Source: an uncultured Planctomycetales bacterium (lineage in GTDB: Bacteria; 4484-113). From it: DNA of 64,000 nucleotides. The DNA lies in contig CAZKNJ010000009.1 of NCBI GenBank assembly GCA_964554185.1, positions 5 to 64,004 of the forward strand. Direction: 5' to 3'. The notes below the pieces were generated by a model. That model was not told the origin of the DNA. It worked only from the letters and a program-made list of their open reading frames with translations, and ran no database searches. Both the position numbers and the translations under genes were made by a program. Positions 9,498 to 18,818 of the stretch are shown here, one piece after another (positions within the stretch are counted from its first letter, which is position 1; each line of letters begins with the position of its first letter).

Positions 9498-10244
9498 TCA
9501 GAACAGTATCGGCAGCAGTGCAAGGTCAAGGCCGAAAATCATCACGATGCTAACCACCACGGAGTTGGTGACCTCGCGGCCCACGCCGGCCGCGCCACCT
9601 TTCACCCGGTAGCCCATGAAACAGCCAACCGTGGCCACCACCGCGCCGAATACCAAGCACTTGATCAAGCATGCGTAGAAGTCGTTCGCATCGGTGAAGG
9701 CGGTGAGGTTTGAGGTGAAACTCGCGTAGCTGATGCCAATCTTGTAGTGCGCCATGGCGTAGCCGGCGTAGAAGCCCGAGACGCCGGCGAAAGCCCCGAC
9801 GATTGGCAACATCACCAGCAGCGCGACCACTCGCGGGGCGGTAAGAAACCAGTGCGGGTCGGTGGAAAGCGCCTGCAGCGCGTCAATCTGCGAGGAAATC
9901 TTCATTGAGCCGATCTCGCTCGTGATTGCCGCGCCAGCCTTGCCAGCCATCACCACGCCCGTCAGCACCGGAATGAACTCGCGCAGCAGGCCGACCAGCA
10001 GGAAGCCGCCGGTATAGCCTTCCGCCCCGCGCTTGCCCAACTCTTCGGCGAGCAAGTAGCACATAGTCGCGCCGACAAAGGAGAGCACCAGGATCGCCAG
10101 TGGAATCGTGTTGACGCCGAGGAACTCCATCTGGCGCGCGGTTAGGCGGAGGTTGAGCTTGCCTGTAAACAAGTAGCCCAGCGTGCGCGCGAAATAGATG
10201 ATAATCGCGCCGAGGAAGTCGAAAACACTGAGAACATGCCCCAC
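9498..10244 (-). CDS. mlaE: ABC transporter permease, MlaE/YrbE family
   Basis: 248 aa, polytopic, with the typical MlaE layout. Confidence 0.8.
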   Translation of the reverse strand: MGHVLSVFDFLGAIIIYFARTLGYLFTGKLNLRLTARQMEFLGVNTIPLAILVLSFVGATMCYLLAEELGKRGAEGYTGGFLLVGLLREFIPVLTGVVMAGKAGAAITSEIGSMKISSQIDALQALSTDPHWFLTAPRVVALLVMLPIVGAFAGVSGFYAGYAMAHYKIGISYASFTSNLTAFTDANDFYACLIKCLVFGAVVATVGCFMGYRVKGGAAGVGREVTNSVVVSIVMIFGLDLALLPILF

Positions 10245-10291
10245 GCGGGTAGTATAGGCGTTGCGCGTGGGTTAGTAAAGCACTTTGGAGC

Positions 10292-13200
10292 CTATAGCGG
10301 GCCGCGCTGCCAGATAATCAAACGGTCGGCACTCCCAGGGCCGCTGGCGTAGATCAGCAGTGGATAATCCGCGGACTCGTTCGGTAAAAGCACGATGGGC
10401 GCGTTGAAATGCATGTACAGCGGAACGCTTTCCGCAACCACTTCGGTGTCCCAGTCCCCCGCGGGCTGGCGCCAGCCGAAGTATACATCCGCCCAGTGGA
10501 ACGCGTTAACATCGTCCGGCGGGTCGGTCTGGCGTGAGAAGGACGCTATGGCCGGGCGCCCATCCAGCAGGGCAATGTCAACATTGTGGTAGTAATTCGC
10601 GGCTTTATCATCCGGATCAGGCAGATCCACGGGGAAAGCGTTCTCAACCGTAAACGCCGTACCGTCATAAGTGGCATATCGGATAAACGCAATTGGCGGA
10701 TTAGTGCTGGCTTTCAAGTCCAAGTAAGCCAGGTACAGCGTTTGAGAAGCAAACAGCGTAGTTAGATTGCGACCGGTGTTGCTGTCTCCCAGGTTTTCCC
10801 CCGCATCCAGCAGTTCCGTGCTCCAAGTCCCTTCCGCATATTCGGCCAGCCACAGCTCACCTTTACTAGGGAAAGTGCTGGCTTCATAATGGTCTAGCGC
10901 TTTTTCATAAAGCACCATCTGCTCTTCGCCAGAACCGAAGTCTGCGATGAGGGCTTTCAGGTGCATGGACTTCTCGGTGTCGGGATCGGGCTCCTCGAAG
11001 CTTTGCCAACTTGTAGTGTCGCCCCGTCTTGCTCTCAAATCGAGCGTCTCGTCCGGAGGGAAAGAGGTTACCAGGTCGTTGCAGGCTTGCATACGGATAT
11101 CGGTGCCGAAGGCGGTGGAGATCACCGGCTGGGTCGGCAGGGAGATGGTGGCGAGCGTGTCAATGCTCCAGGTTTCCGGCGCGGTGCGGGTAGCCGTTCG
11201 GTAGTAGTCCCAGCCGGAGAAGGAGATGACCGGCTCGCCGGAAAAGCCATGGGACAGTTCTAACTGGCGGGGAAGTCCAAAGCCCGGCGGCGGGGAGGCC
11301 AGAATGGGGCCCTCAAACAGAGTGACTGCTCCATCCCATCGCATGTAGTAGACATTGCCGGTGTGGTCGGCAGGGTGTTCGGAGCCGAGGGCGAATTCCA
11401 CGATCCCTGCGCTCTGGGCCGCGTCGAAGTAGGTGATGCTCCAAATCTCGGGCAGGTCAACGCCCACCACCAGTTCGTCCAGCACATTCCACGGGGGGGT
11501 TGCGCCGAGGTAGTTCTCATTGGCATCCATGTTGGGGTCGTCGTCCAGGCGCCGGTCGGATACACGAACTGCGAAGTAGTAGCGCTCCCCGTCCTCCAAG
11601 CCGTCTATCGTGTAGGAATGCGTGGACGCCCCGGTGTCGGCAATGTCCTTCACCTGGGGGTCGTCCCAATCAAACGCCGGAGTTGTCCCGTAGCAGATAT
11701 GGTAATACACCTTGCGCCCGTAGAAATCGTCGGTGGCGTAATCCCAGTTAACCGTGGCTTCGCCGAAGCCGGTGGAGACGCTGCGGATGCCCTCCTCGCC
11801 CACCCAAACCGGCGCGGTCATGTCCGGATTCATCTGGAGCATGGTTAGCACGGAGTTGGAGTTGGTGACGTACACTCGGTCGGCAATGAGCGCGGCGCTG
11901 GAGTGAATCGGCGCGGCCAGGTCCACCGTTTGCTTGATGGCGCCGTAGAAATCCAACACATAGAAGTTACCGTTCTGCGAGCCGGCAAACACGCGCGTGT
12001 CGGAGGCAACCGGTGAAGCATAGATCCGGCCGATGTCCGCCGTCTGCCACAGCAGCGCGCCCGTCTGCAAGTCGTATGCAGCTATCTTTCCGGAATCGAT
12101 GGGCGGCATAGTGCTGAAGCGCCCTTGCCCGACAACCACCATCTCCACGTCGCCGCGAGAAACCACCAGAGGGGAGCCTTCCACCCCGAAATCGGTCACG
12201 TAGGCAGCAACCGTTGCAAGGTCGGAGAGGCGCAGCGCATAGGCCGCGTTGTCGCCTCCCTCCACGAAGTCGGTGCCGACCAGCAATACTGCAGGGGATT
12301 CGCGCGGATAGAGGACGGGTGAGGAGGTGCTGATGGTGCCCAGGTCGGCGGGGGAACGCAGGATTTCGTCGCCGGTCTCGCGGTCAAGCTTGTGGATGTA
12401 GCCGTTGCGGCTGGCCACGTAAATGTAAACACCGTCAGTGACCGGTGCGCAGTTTATCGCGCCGGAGTTCAGGCTGACCGACCACACCTCGCTTCCGTCA
12501 ATGATGTCAAACGCGTGGACGTTCCCATCCAGGTCACCGGCGTACGCCACGCCCTCCACGACCAGCGGCGAGGACTTGACCGGCAGGCCGCTCGCGAGGC
12601 CGTACTGACCACGGCTGGTGCCGTCTTCGCGGTCAAGAATGAAGTAGGCGCCGGCTCCGCCCACGGCGAGGTAGTCGCCATAGAGCGAGATGGTGGAATC
12701 GGAAAACTGAGTCGTGACCTTCTGGGAGTAGTGGGTGGAGTCCGGGCTTATTTGGCCGAAGCAAGCAAGGTACCCGTCCTGAGAAGCGATATACACGCGG
12801 CCGTCGTCCAGCACCGGGCAAGAAGCGTTGTGCGTGCCGGTTACGCGGTACTCGCGCTGCCACTGGATGGACAGCGGCTCGCGCAGACTGCTTCCCTCCA
12901 GCCGTCCGGTATTCTGCTCGTCTTTGCGGAAGGACGGCCAGGGGAAGGGGCTGGGCGTGTAGGGCTGCGGAGTGGCGGTCAGCACCACGATGTTGGGCGG
13001 AGATTCTTCCAGATCGTCCTCGTCATAGATGCGGACAAGGAAGGCGTAGGTGGTTCCATTGGCGAGGCTCGTGACCGTGTGGCTGAAAGGCGGCAAGCCG
13101 GTGAAGGAGCTGCGATCCAGCCGAATGCTCTGTGCCGTAGCCGTGTCAACGGTCAGGCCTTCCTCGTAATACAGGGTGTAATAGATGTCGTCGCCGTCCG

Positions 13201-14416
13201 GATCGGTAGCGTCGCCGAATGTGAGCGTTACCTGCCCTTTAGCGGGAGTGGCGGAGATGAGGCCGACCGCACCCATCCAGATTGGCGGGCGGTTCTCGCC
13301 GGAGCCGGTGAGGTCGGCTTTACGGATATTGGAGAAATGCACGGCACCATAGTCGTCGGCGACCTGCGAGAAGGCGCGCACAGCGAATGCATAGGTGCCG
13401 GCCGGCATCTCGCGGCCGTAGTAGTAGTTGATGCGAGTAGGGGGCGCTATCGGCGGGTCGCCGATGTAGAAGCGCGTGCGCTTGACCGAGGGGCGCGGCT
13501 CCGAGGGGGTCTCGTTATCGTCAAAGGGCGGGACGCTGAAGAAGTCGTCTTCCGAAACTTCAGCCGCCAAAGAGGGAATCGTGAGCGCGAACACGTCGTA
13601 TCCCGTAATAGAGCGCCCGAAGTTCCGCGCCAGCGGCGTGATGTCAGCAATCTGCACTTGCCCGTTGTGGTCGCCATCCACGATTTCAGCATCCGGGTGC
13701 TCGCTGACAAGCTGCTGGAAGTGCACCGCTACCGGCGTTATATCGGCGATGTTCACTCTCCCGCTGTTGTCGTAGTCGCCGGTGGTGACTTCGGTCCAAG
13801 ATAGCCCCACCTGCTGGCTGTCAACGTCAACTTCCAGGTCGGACACGCGTTGAAGTTCGCCCTCAAAGGGCACGCTGGCGGACTTGATCGCCTGCGGGCG
13901 TTTCCCGCCGCTGGTGAAGACTACCGGCCCCAGGGACTCGCCCTGACCGAAAGCGAGTGTCAGCCTGAACTCCAGCCCCACCTCGCCGGCGGCGTCGGCC
14001 ACGCCCACCGGCAGCACGCCATCCAGGCGTCCCGGCAGCACCACGCCGATGACCTCGCTCGCGGAGTCCAGCTTCAGATCAACCAGCTGCGAATCCGCCG
14101 GAGGCCGGACGTAGAGATAGGCGGACTCGTGCGTGTCCGAGGAGAACGAGAGCTCCAGGCTGCCCTGTGTTGCGCAAAGCTCAAGGCGCGACAGCATAGC
14201 CGGAGCATCATGCAGCTCCGCGTCCAGGCACTGAACGGTGAAGCCTCCGGCGGTGAGCGAGCCAGCTTCGGCGAGCCTGGCGGCGTAGAACTGGTTCACG
14301 GTGGGCTTTACCGGCTCCGGCAGCGCTCCACCGATATGGGCGGACTTGCCGCATGCGGCTGCAAGCAGCAGCGCTGCCAGCGCAAGCAAAATGCTGCGAA
14401 ACTTATACATCATCAT
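10292..14416 (-). CDS. giant secreted lipoprotein (1374 aa) with PQQ-type beta-propeller repeats, Fn3-like modules and a dockerin-like Ca-binding repeat pair
   Basis: Lipobox LLAAAC-G. Repeated motifs of the type GxxYALD/VWxxxL (YIASQDGYLACFG, GNVHAFDIIDGSEVWSVSL, YVASRNGYIHKLD, GKIAAYDLQTGALLWQ, GNFYVLD). Two dockerin-like loops DYDNSGRVNIADITPVAVHF and DGDHNGQVQIADITPLARNF about 25 aa apart. Confidence 0.65.
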   Translation of the reverse strand: MMMYKFRSILLALAALLLAAACGKSAHIGGALPEPVKPTVNQFYAARLAEAGSLTAGGFTVQCLDAELHDAPAMLSRLELCATQGSLELSFSSDTHESAYLYVRPPADSQLVDLKLDSASEVIGVVLPGRLDGVLPVGVADAAGEVGLEFRLTLAFGQGESLGPVVFTSGGKRPQAIKSASVPFEGELQRVSDLEVDVDSQQVGLSWTEVTTGDYDNSGRVNIADITPVAVHFQQLVSEHPDAEIVDGDHNGQVQIADITPLARNFGRSITGYDVFALTIPSLAAEVSEDDFFSVPPFDDNETPSEPRPSVKRTRFYIGDPPIAPPTRINYYYGREMPAGTYAFAVRAFSQVADDYGAVHFSNIRKADLTGSGENRPPIWMGAVGLISATPAKGQVTLTFGDATDPDGDDIYYTLYYEEGLTVDTATAQSIRLDRSSFTGLPPFSHTVTSLANGTTYAFLVRIYDEDDLEESPPNIVVLTATPQPYTPSPFPWPSFRKDEQNTGRLEGSSLREPLSIQWQREYRVTGTHNASCPVLDDGRVYIASQDGYLACFGQISPDSTHYSQKVTTQFSDSTISLYGDYLAVGGAGAYFILDREDGTSRGQYGLASGLPVKSSPLVVEGVAYAGDLDGNVHAFDIIDGSEVWSVSLNSGAINCAPVTDGVYIYVASRNGYIHKLDRETGDEILRSPADLGTISTSSPVLYPRESPAVLLVGTDFVEGGDNAAYALRLSDLATVAAYVTDFGVEGSPLVVSRGDVEMVVVGQGRFSTMPPIDSGKIAAYDLQTGALLWQTADIGRIYASPVASDTRVFAGSQNGNFYVLDFYGAIKQTVDLAAPIHSSAALIADRVYVTNSNSVLTMLQMNPDMTAPVWVGEEGIRSVSTGFGEATVNWDYATDDFYGRKVYYHICYGTTPAFDWDDPQVKDIADTGASTHSYTIDGLEDGERYYFAVRVSDRRLDDDPNMDANENYLGATPPWNVLDELVVGVDLPEIWSITYFDAAQSAGIVEFALGSEHPADHTGNVYYMRWDGAVTLFEGPILASPPPGFGLPRQLELSHGFSGEPVISFSGWDYYRTATRTAPETWSIDTLATISLPTQPVISTAFGTDIRMQACNDLVTSFPPDETLDLRARRGDTTSWQSFEEPDPDTEKSMHLKALIADFGSGEEQMVLYEKALDHYEASTFPSKGELWLAEYAEGTWSTELLDAGENLGDSNTGRNLTTLFASQTLYLAYLDLKASTNPPIAFIRYATYDGTAFTVENAFPVDLPDPDDKAANYYHNVDIALLDGRPAIASFSRQTDPPDDVNAFHWADVYFGWRQPAGDWDTEVVAESVPLYMHFNAPIVLLPNESADYPLLIYASGPGSADRLIIWQRGPL

Positions 14417-15155
14417 AGTCCGCGAGATGAACGCTGTTATCCTCCAGCCAGGCCTTCAGGCCGCTGGAGCAGAGGGCCGTCAGCTCCTGTTCTCGCTCCT
14501 CATAATACTCCGTGTGCTCCCTCGGAAGCCCGGCAGTCAGCCCGGGGTGGCACATCACTTCCATAATGCCATCCTTTCCGCGAACGGAATTGAGCAGCGA
14601 CAGCAGCTGTACTTCCCCTATGTTATTCTTCCCAAAAAAACCGGATATCAGCATTGCCGGGTGCCGAACGCCTTTCCAGTCCAGATAGGCGGACATTGCG
14701 GGCGAAAGCGTGCGCATTGCGAGCCCGCGCTCCAAAGCAATGTCAGCAGCCACATCCAGCACATTCACGAACGAATGGATGTTCTGATGGCTGTCCAGGT
14801 GCGTAATCGCGATGCCGGCATCCGCTAGCCTTCCCACCTGGGCTTCAAATTCGGCGCGGATTACACGCTCCCGCAGCAGCGGCGCACCTTCGGGGAAGTA
14901 CATCTTGGCACGGGAGAACTTGCCGCCCTCAAGGTACCGGGGGTTAAGACTGGTGAGCGGCTTGCCCTTAGTCAGGTTCAGGTGCACACCAACCGACACC
15001 TGCGACAGCGCTGCCAGGGCGGAAAGCGATTCGTCATCAACCATGTTTGCCAGCACGGTGGCGGAGCGCACGACGCCTTGCTCAATCGCCTGGATAATGC
15101 CCCGGGAGATGGTTGGGTGAGAGCCAAAGTCGTCAGCATTGAATACCAGCTTCAT
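14403..15155 (-). CDS. YdjC/ChbG-family carbohydrate deacetylase
   Basis: N-terminal NADDFG motif. Conserved HLDSHQ (the YdjC His-x-D-x-H metal site). Overlaps the lipoprotein start by 14 nt. Confidence 0.7.
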   Translation of the reverse strand: MKLVFNADDFGSHPTISRGIIQAIEQGVVRSATVLANMVDDESLSALAALSQVSVGVHLNLTKGKPLTSLNPRYLEGGKFSRAKMYFPEGAPLLRERVIRAEFEAQVGRLADAGIAITHLDSHQNIHSFVNVLDVAADIALERGLAMRTLSPAMSAYLDWKGVRHPAMLISGFFGKNNIGEVQLLSLLNSVRGKDGIMEVMCHPGLTAGLPREHTEYYEEREQELTALCSSGLKAWLEDNSVHLADYDDV

Positions 15156-17560
15156 GGCTTGCCGTTACCCCGCATCTTCTGCTCAACCAGGCGCCGCACC
15201 AGCTCGACGAACTGCCTCGCCCAGCGGGCATCGTCCACCCCCGGCTGCCGGGGCGAGAAAGCCGAATCCTCGTAAAGAGAGATGAAGCGGCGCAGGTCGC
15301 CGCCGTATTCGCCGAGGAAACCCACAACCCGGTCGAGGTATTCCTTGTGGGTGTCGCTGGGGTAACGGAGAAGCGAGGAGGCCGCGAGGGCATCAGATAG
15401 CGCGATGTACTCGCGCACCAGCTCGTTTTCGGGAACGAAGAAAGACTTCCGGCGGAAGCCGCGCCGCAGCCGCCAGACGGCAACGCCCAGCAGAATAGCG
15501 GTTCCAAGCACCAAGACTACCAGGTACCAGCGCGTTGCAAGGGCCGGGCCAACGAGATTGTAGAGGCCGACGAAGAAGCTCACAATCGTCTCGCGGGCGC
15601 CTGCCGGGTCGATGACGAACAGGTTCTCCATGAAGCCCACAGTGTTGCTTCCCATCTCGCGTATGCGGCTCAGGCTGAAGAGGTCGCTGGAAGCGGGCGT
15701 GGGGTCAAACATCACCCAGCCCAGGCCGTCGAAGTACACCTCCACCCAGGCGTGGGCGTTGCGGTCGCGGTAGACATACTTGTTGCCGATGACCGAGTAG
15801 CTGCCGGGGGCATAGCCGGTTACCACGCGGGCGGGGATATTCTGCGTACGGCAGAGCACCGCCATGGCTGACGCGAACTGCTGGCAGAAACCCGCCCGGG
15901 AGGTGAATAGCAAGTAGGAAGTGGCTTCCTGGTACTCGTTCAGCTCGGGGAACTCCAGCGTGTAGGCGAACCTATCAGTGTCCTTGAGGTAGCTGTAGAT
16001 CGCCAGCACCTTGTCGTAGGGCGTAGTGGCTCCCGCGACAACGCGGTCGGCTTCGCGGAACACCTCTTCCGGCACCGACAACACATTCACCCCGGCGCCA
16101 ACTTCACTCTGGTAGCGGGCGATTTTGGAGGCAATCGGCAGGCCGGTGTAGCGATCCACTATCACGGGAGGAGGCGCACCGAGGCTTTCCTTCATTTGCG
16201 CACGGTGCACATCCGGCGCGAGAATGGTCGCACGGTAGGTGAACCGGCCGGGGTGGCGCGGAAGCTGGGAATGGGGCACGGAGAAGTCGTCCAGCAGCGG
16301 CGGAACGTTCACCGGCTCATCATCGCGCGTGCGAATCATGGACACGCTCTCCAGCTTGACCGGCTGGTAGGAGCTGAAAAACACCGGAGGATGGTCCTTG
16401 AGCAGGGTCACTTCCTGGGTGAAGATCCTGTAGTTTAGATCGGATATTTCGTTCTGGGAATACAGGTTGTCTTTGTCAATGAGGATGTCTTTCCTCTTCA
16501 GCTCGTTCTCGGCGTAATGGCGGCTGGGGAAATCAATCACCGGCAGGGCGTAAGACGGAGTGGCTTCGTAGCGCCGCGTGCGCATGGGCACGGTGCGCAT
16601 GTTGAGTTCCGTCCGTTTCGAGCGCTTCCACGACTGGCCGGTGTACACGTCAAAGGCAGTCCCGCGGACATAGCCGTTACGGGCACTGCGGATTTCCAGC
16701 GCTGGGTCGTCGCTGAGAAACAGCGATTGCGGGCCGAAGATGGAGCTGCTGCCAGACAGGTCAAAGGTGCCGGAGAAGCCGCTGGTGGCCAGATCGCCGG
16801 CGGAGAGGTTCAGCGATTCGTCCGCGCGGCGCTGAAGGTCCTCCAGGCTCTCATCCAGCACCGCGGAGCTCGGCAGGAAGAAGGACGGGCGGTTCATGTC
16901 GGTGTAGTGCGGGACGAGCACATACACAATCACCGACACCGCGACGATGCCGACGACCATCTTAATAATGAGTCCGCCGACCGCCAAGGTGAACTGGGCC
17001 GCCTGCTCCGGCCGGAGCTTTTCGTCACGCCCGACGTGAGCGATTCCCTCTTGCAGATCAATCGTGTTGATGAAGTAGAAACTCGCGGTAGTGAAGATTA
17101 GAAACAGCGGGAAGTAGACCACAAGCAGAAGGTCGTAACTCGTGGTGGCGGAGAATAGGACGAACACCACGCCAATCAGCAGAAGCTGGCGGTGGATGGA
17201 AGTGGTGAAAGCGATGAATGCTAGCAAGCCCAGCAGCACGCCGAGCAGCATCCCCAAGTAGTTACCAATGAGGAACGGGTCGTCCGCCATCAGCCGGAAA
17301 TAGTGGATGACTGCGAGAATGCCGATTACGTCCACTGCAATGATGGTGAACCGGTGGTAGTTCTCACCGATGAAGTAGCTGTAGAAGTAGCCCGCGATGG
17401 CCACGAGCATGAGGATAAGCTTCAGGTCGGGGCGGTCAAGTCCGAGATCCAGGACCTGTAGGCCGACGATGGACGCCAGGCAGGTGCTGATGAAGAGGAG
17501 TAGGCGCTCGCGCCGTCCGCTGGCGTCAAGCTGCAATAAGAGCGAGCGCCCCAGGCTCAT
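15152..17560 (-). CDS. tgpA: transglutaminase-like protein TgpA (DUF3488 membrane domain + transglutaminase core + DUF4129-like tail)
   Basis: Multiple N-terminal TMs. Cys-His-Asp core (GFCQQFASAMAVLCR ... HAWVEVYFDGLGWVMFDPT). C-terminal TM plus a YPSDTHKEY...YEDSAFSP tail. 4-nt overlaps with the DUF58 and YdjC genes. Confidence 0.8.
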   Translation of the reverse strand: MSLGRSLLLQLDASGRRERLLLFISTCLASIVGLQVLDLGLDRPDLKLILMLVAIAGYFYSYFIGENYHRFTIIAVDVIGILAVIHYFRLMADDPFLIGNYLGMLLGVLLGLLAFIAFTTSIHRQLLLIGVVFVLFSATTSYDLLLVVYFPLFLIFTTASFYFINTIDLQEGIAHVGRDEKLRPEQAAQFTLAVGGLIIKMVVGIVAVSVIVYVLVPHYTDMNRPSFFLPSSAVLDESLEDLQRRADESLNLSAGDLATSGFSGTFDLSGSSSIFGPQSLFLSDDPALEIRSARNGYVRGTAFDVYTGQSWKRSKRTELNMRTVPMRTRRYEATPSYALPVIDFPSRHYAENELKRKDILIDKDNLYSQNEISDLNYRIFTQEVTLLKDHPPVFFSSYQPVKLESVSMIRTRDDEPVNVPPLLDDFSVPHSQLPRHPGRFTYRATILAPDVHRAQMKESLGAPPPVIVDRYTGLPIASKIARYQSEVGAGVNVLSVPEEVFREADRVVAGATTPYDKVLAIYSYLKDTDRFAYTLEFPELNEYQEATSYLLFTSRAGFCQQFASAMAVLCRTQNIPARVVTGYAPGSYSVIGNKYVYRDRNAHAWVEVYFDGLGWVMFDPTPASSDLFSLSRIREMGSNTVGFMENLFVIDPAGARETIVSFFVGLYNLVGPALATRWYLVVLVLGTAILLGVAVWRLRRGFRRKSFFVPENELVREYIALSDALAASSLLRYPSDTHKEYLDRVVGFLGEYGGDLRRFISLYEDSAFSPRQPGVDDARWARQFVELVRRLVEQKMRGNGKP

Positions 17561-18798
17561 CGCACGAATCCCACCTTCTCGACAAAGGTCTCCAGCTGCC
17601 GCGACAGGTCGTCGCCGTACGCCAGCTCAAAGATGAGGAAGTTCTGGCCGAAGCTTACCCGAGAGCGCGGAGTTCGGCGCGCCATCCCTTTGCGGAAGCT
17701 GTCCACATCAAAGGTTATCACCGAAAGCAGCCGGTAGTGCAGTCGGAGGTTTGCTAAAAACTCCGCTTCACCTCCGCCCAAGTGGGGAATGAAGACTATC
17801 AGGTCGGAGGACTCCGGAAGGTAGCGCAGGATTTCGGTGGAGTGGCCTTTCAGGTCAAGGTTCTCACCTGGCGTGATTTCTGCCAGCAACAGCGATATCT
17901 CCTGAAAGAGGCTGCTACCCATACCGGAGCAATGACGCTCGGCCGCACCGCTCAGCTCTAAAAAGGAGAAGTAGTAGTTGGAACGGCTGGTCTCCCGCGC
18001 CAGCGTGGAGATCAGCGTGATGGAGTACTCCAGCGGATTGTGCTCTTCGCTGCGCCCCACTGCTGAACGGTCGTCATTGACCAGTAGCACGCTCATCGTA
18101 GAGGCGACGTTGCGCTCAAACTGCTTGGTTATGAGCTTGCCCATGCGGGCAGTGCTGGCCCAGTGGACTTTGCGCAGCGGGTCGCCCGGCTGGTACTCGG
18201 TTACGCCCAGGAACTCGGTGGACTCCCCGCTGAACGGGACGGTCGCCAGCTCATCCTTGGGCACCATTGAGGAGCTGTTGAGGTAGTTCACGCGTGTGTC
18301 CAGCGGGCGCGGAAACACGGTAAGCGGAGTCATCACGCTCATTGCGCGCACGTGGCGGAAGAAGCCGAGTGGGTCGCCGGAGTAGAACATGAAGGGGCCA
18401 ATCTCAAACTTGCCGCGCCGGGCAGGCAGCGCCTCATACCTGACCGCTGCGCTGGAACCGGGCGCCAGGCTGAGAAGAGCGATCTCGCGGTGTTGCTCCC
18501 CCTCACGGGCGGCGGGGAAGTAGTCGTAACCCACCAGCGAGAAGCGGGCGGTGCGCAGCTTGTTGGTTATCACCAGGTCAACACCGAGGGGGAAGCCCTT
18601 CATACAGGTGGCGGGATGCTCGCGGTGGACCGAGAGCCCCCGGGTGCTGAGCAGCGACCAGAGGAAGAGCCCGGTGTTTAGCGTAACGAAGAGGACAAGG
18701 GTGTACACCAGCAGGTGGTTGCGGAAGATGAGGACAAGCAGCAGGGTGAACGCGGTAAGCGCCAGAGATATCCGCGAGAGTGGAGTTAAACGATACAA
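17557..18798 (-). CDS. DUF58-family protein (vWA-like, MoxR partner), paralog 1
   Basis: Two N-terminal TMs. Conserved DUF58 core ...GDPLRKVHWASTARMGKLITKQFE... Confidence 0.8.
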   Translation of the reverse strand: MYRLTPLSRISLALTAFTLLLVLIFRNHLLVYTLVLFVTLNTGLFLWSLLSTRGLSVHREHPATCMKGFPLGVDLVITNKLRTARFSLVGYDYFPAAREGEQHREIALLSLAPGSSAAVRYEALPARRGKFEIGPFMFYSGDPLGFFRHVRAMSVMTPLTVFPRPLDTRVNYLNSSSMVPKDELATVPFSGESTEFLGVTEYQPGDPLRKVHWASTARMGKLITKQFERNVASTMSVLLVNDDRSAVGRSEEHNPLEYSITLISTLARETSRSNYYFSFLELSGAAERHCSGMGSSLFQEISLLLAEITPGENLDLKGHSTEILRYLPESSDLIVFIPHLGGGEAEFLANLRLHYRLLSVITFDVDSFRKGMARRTPRSRVSFGQNFLIFELAYGDDLSRQLETFVEKVGFVR

Positions 18799-18818
18799 CC
18801 TCGGTCACCCGCGATGGA

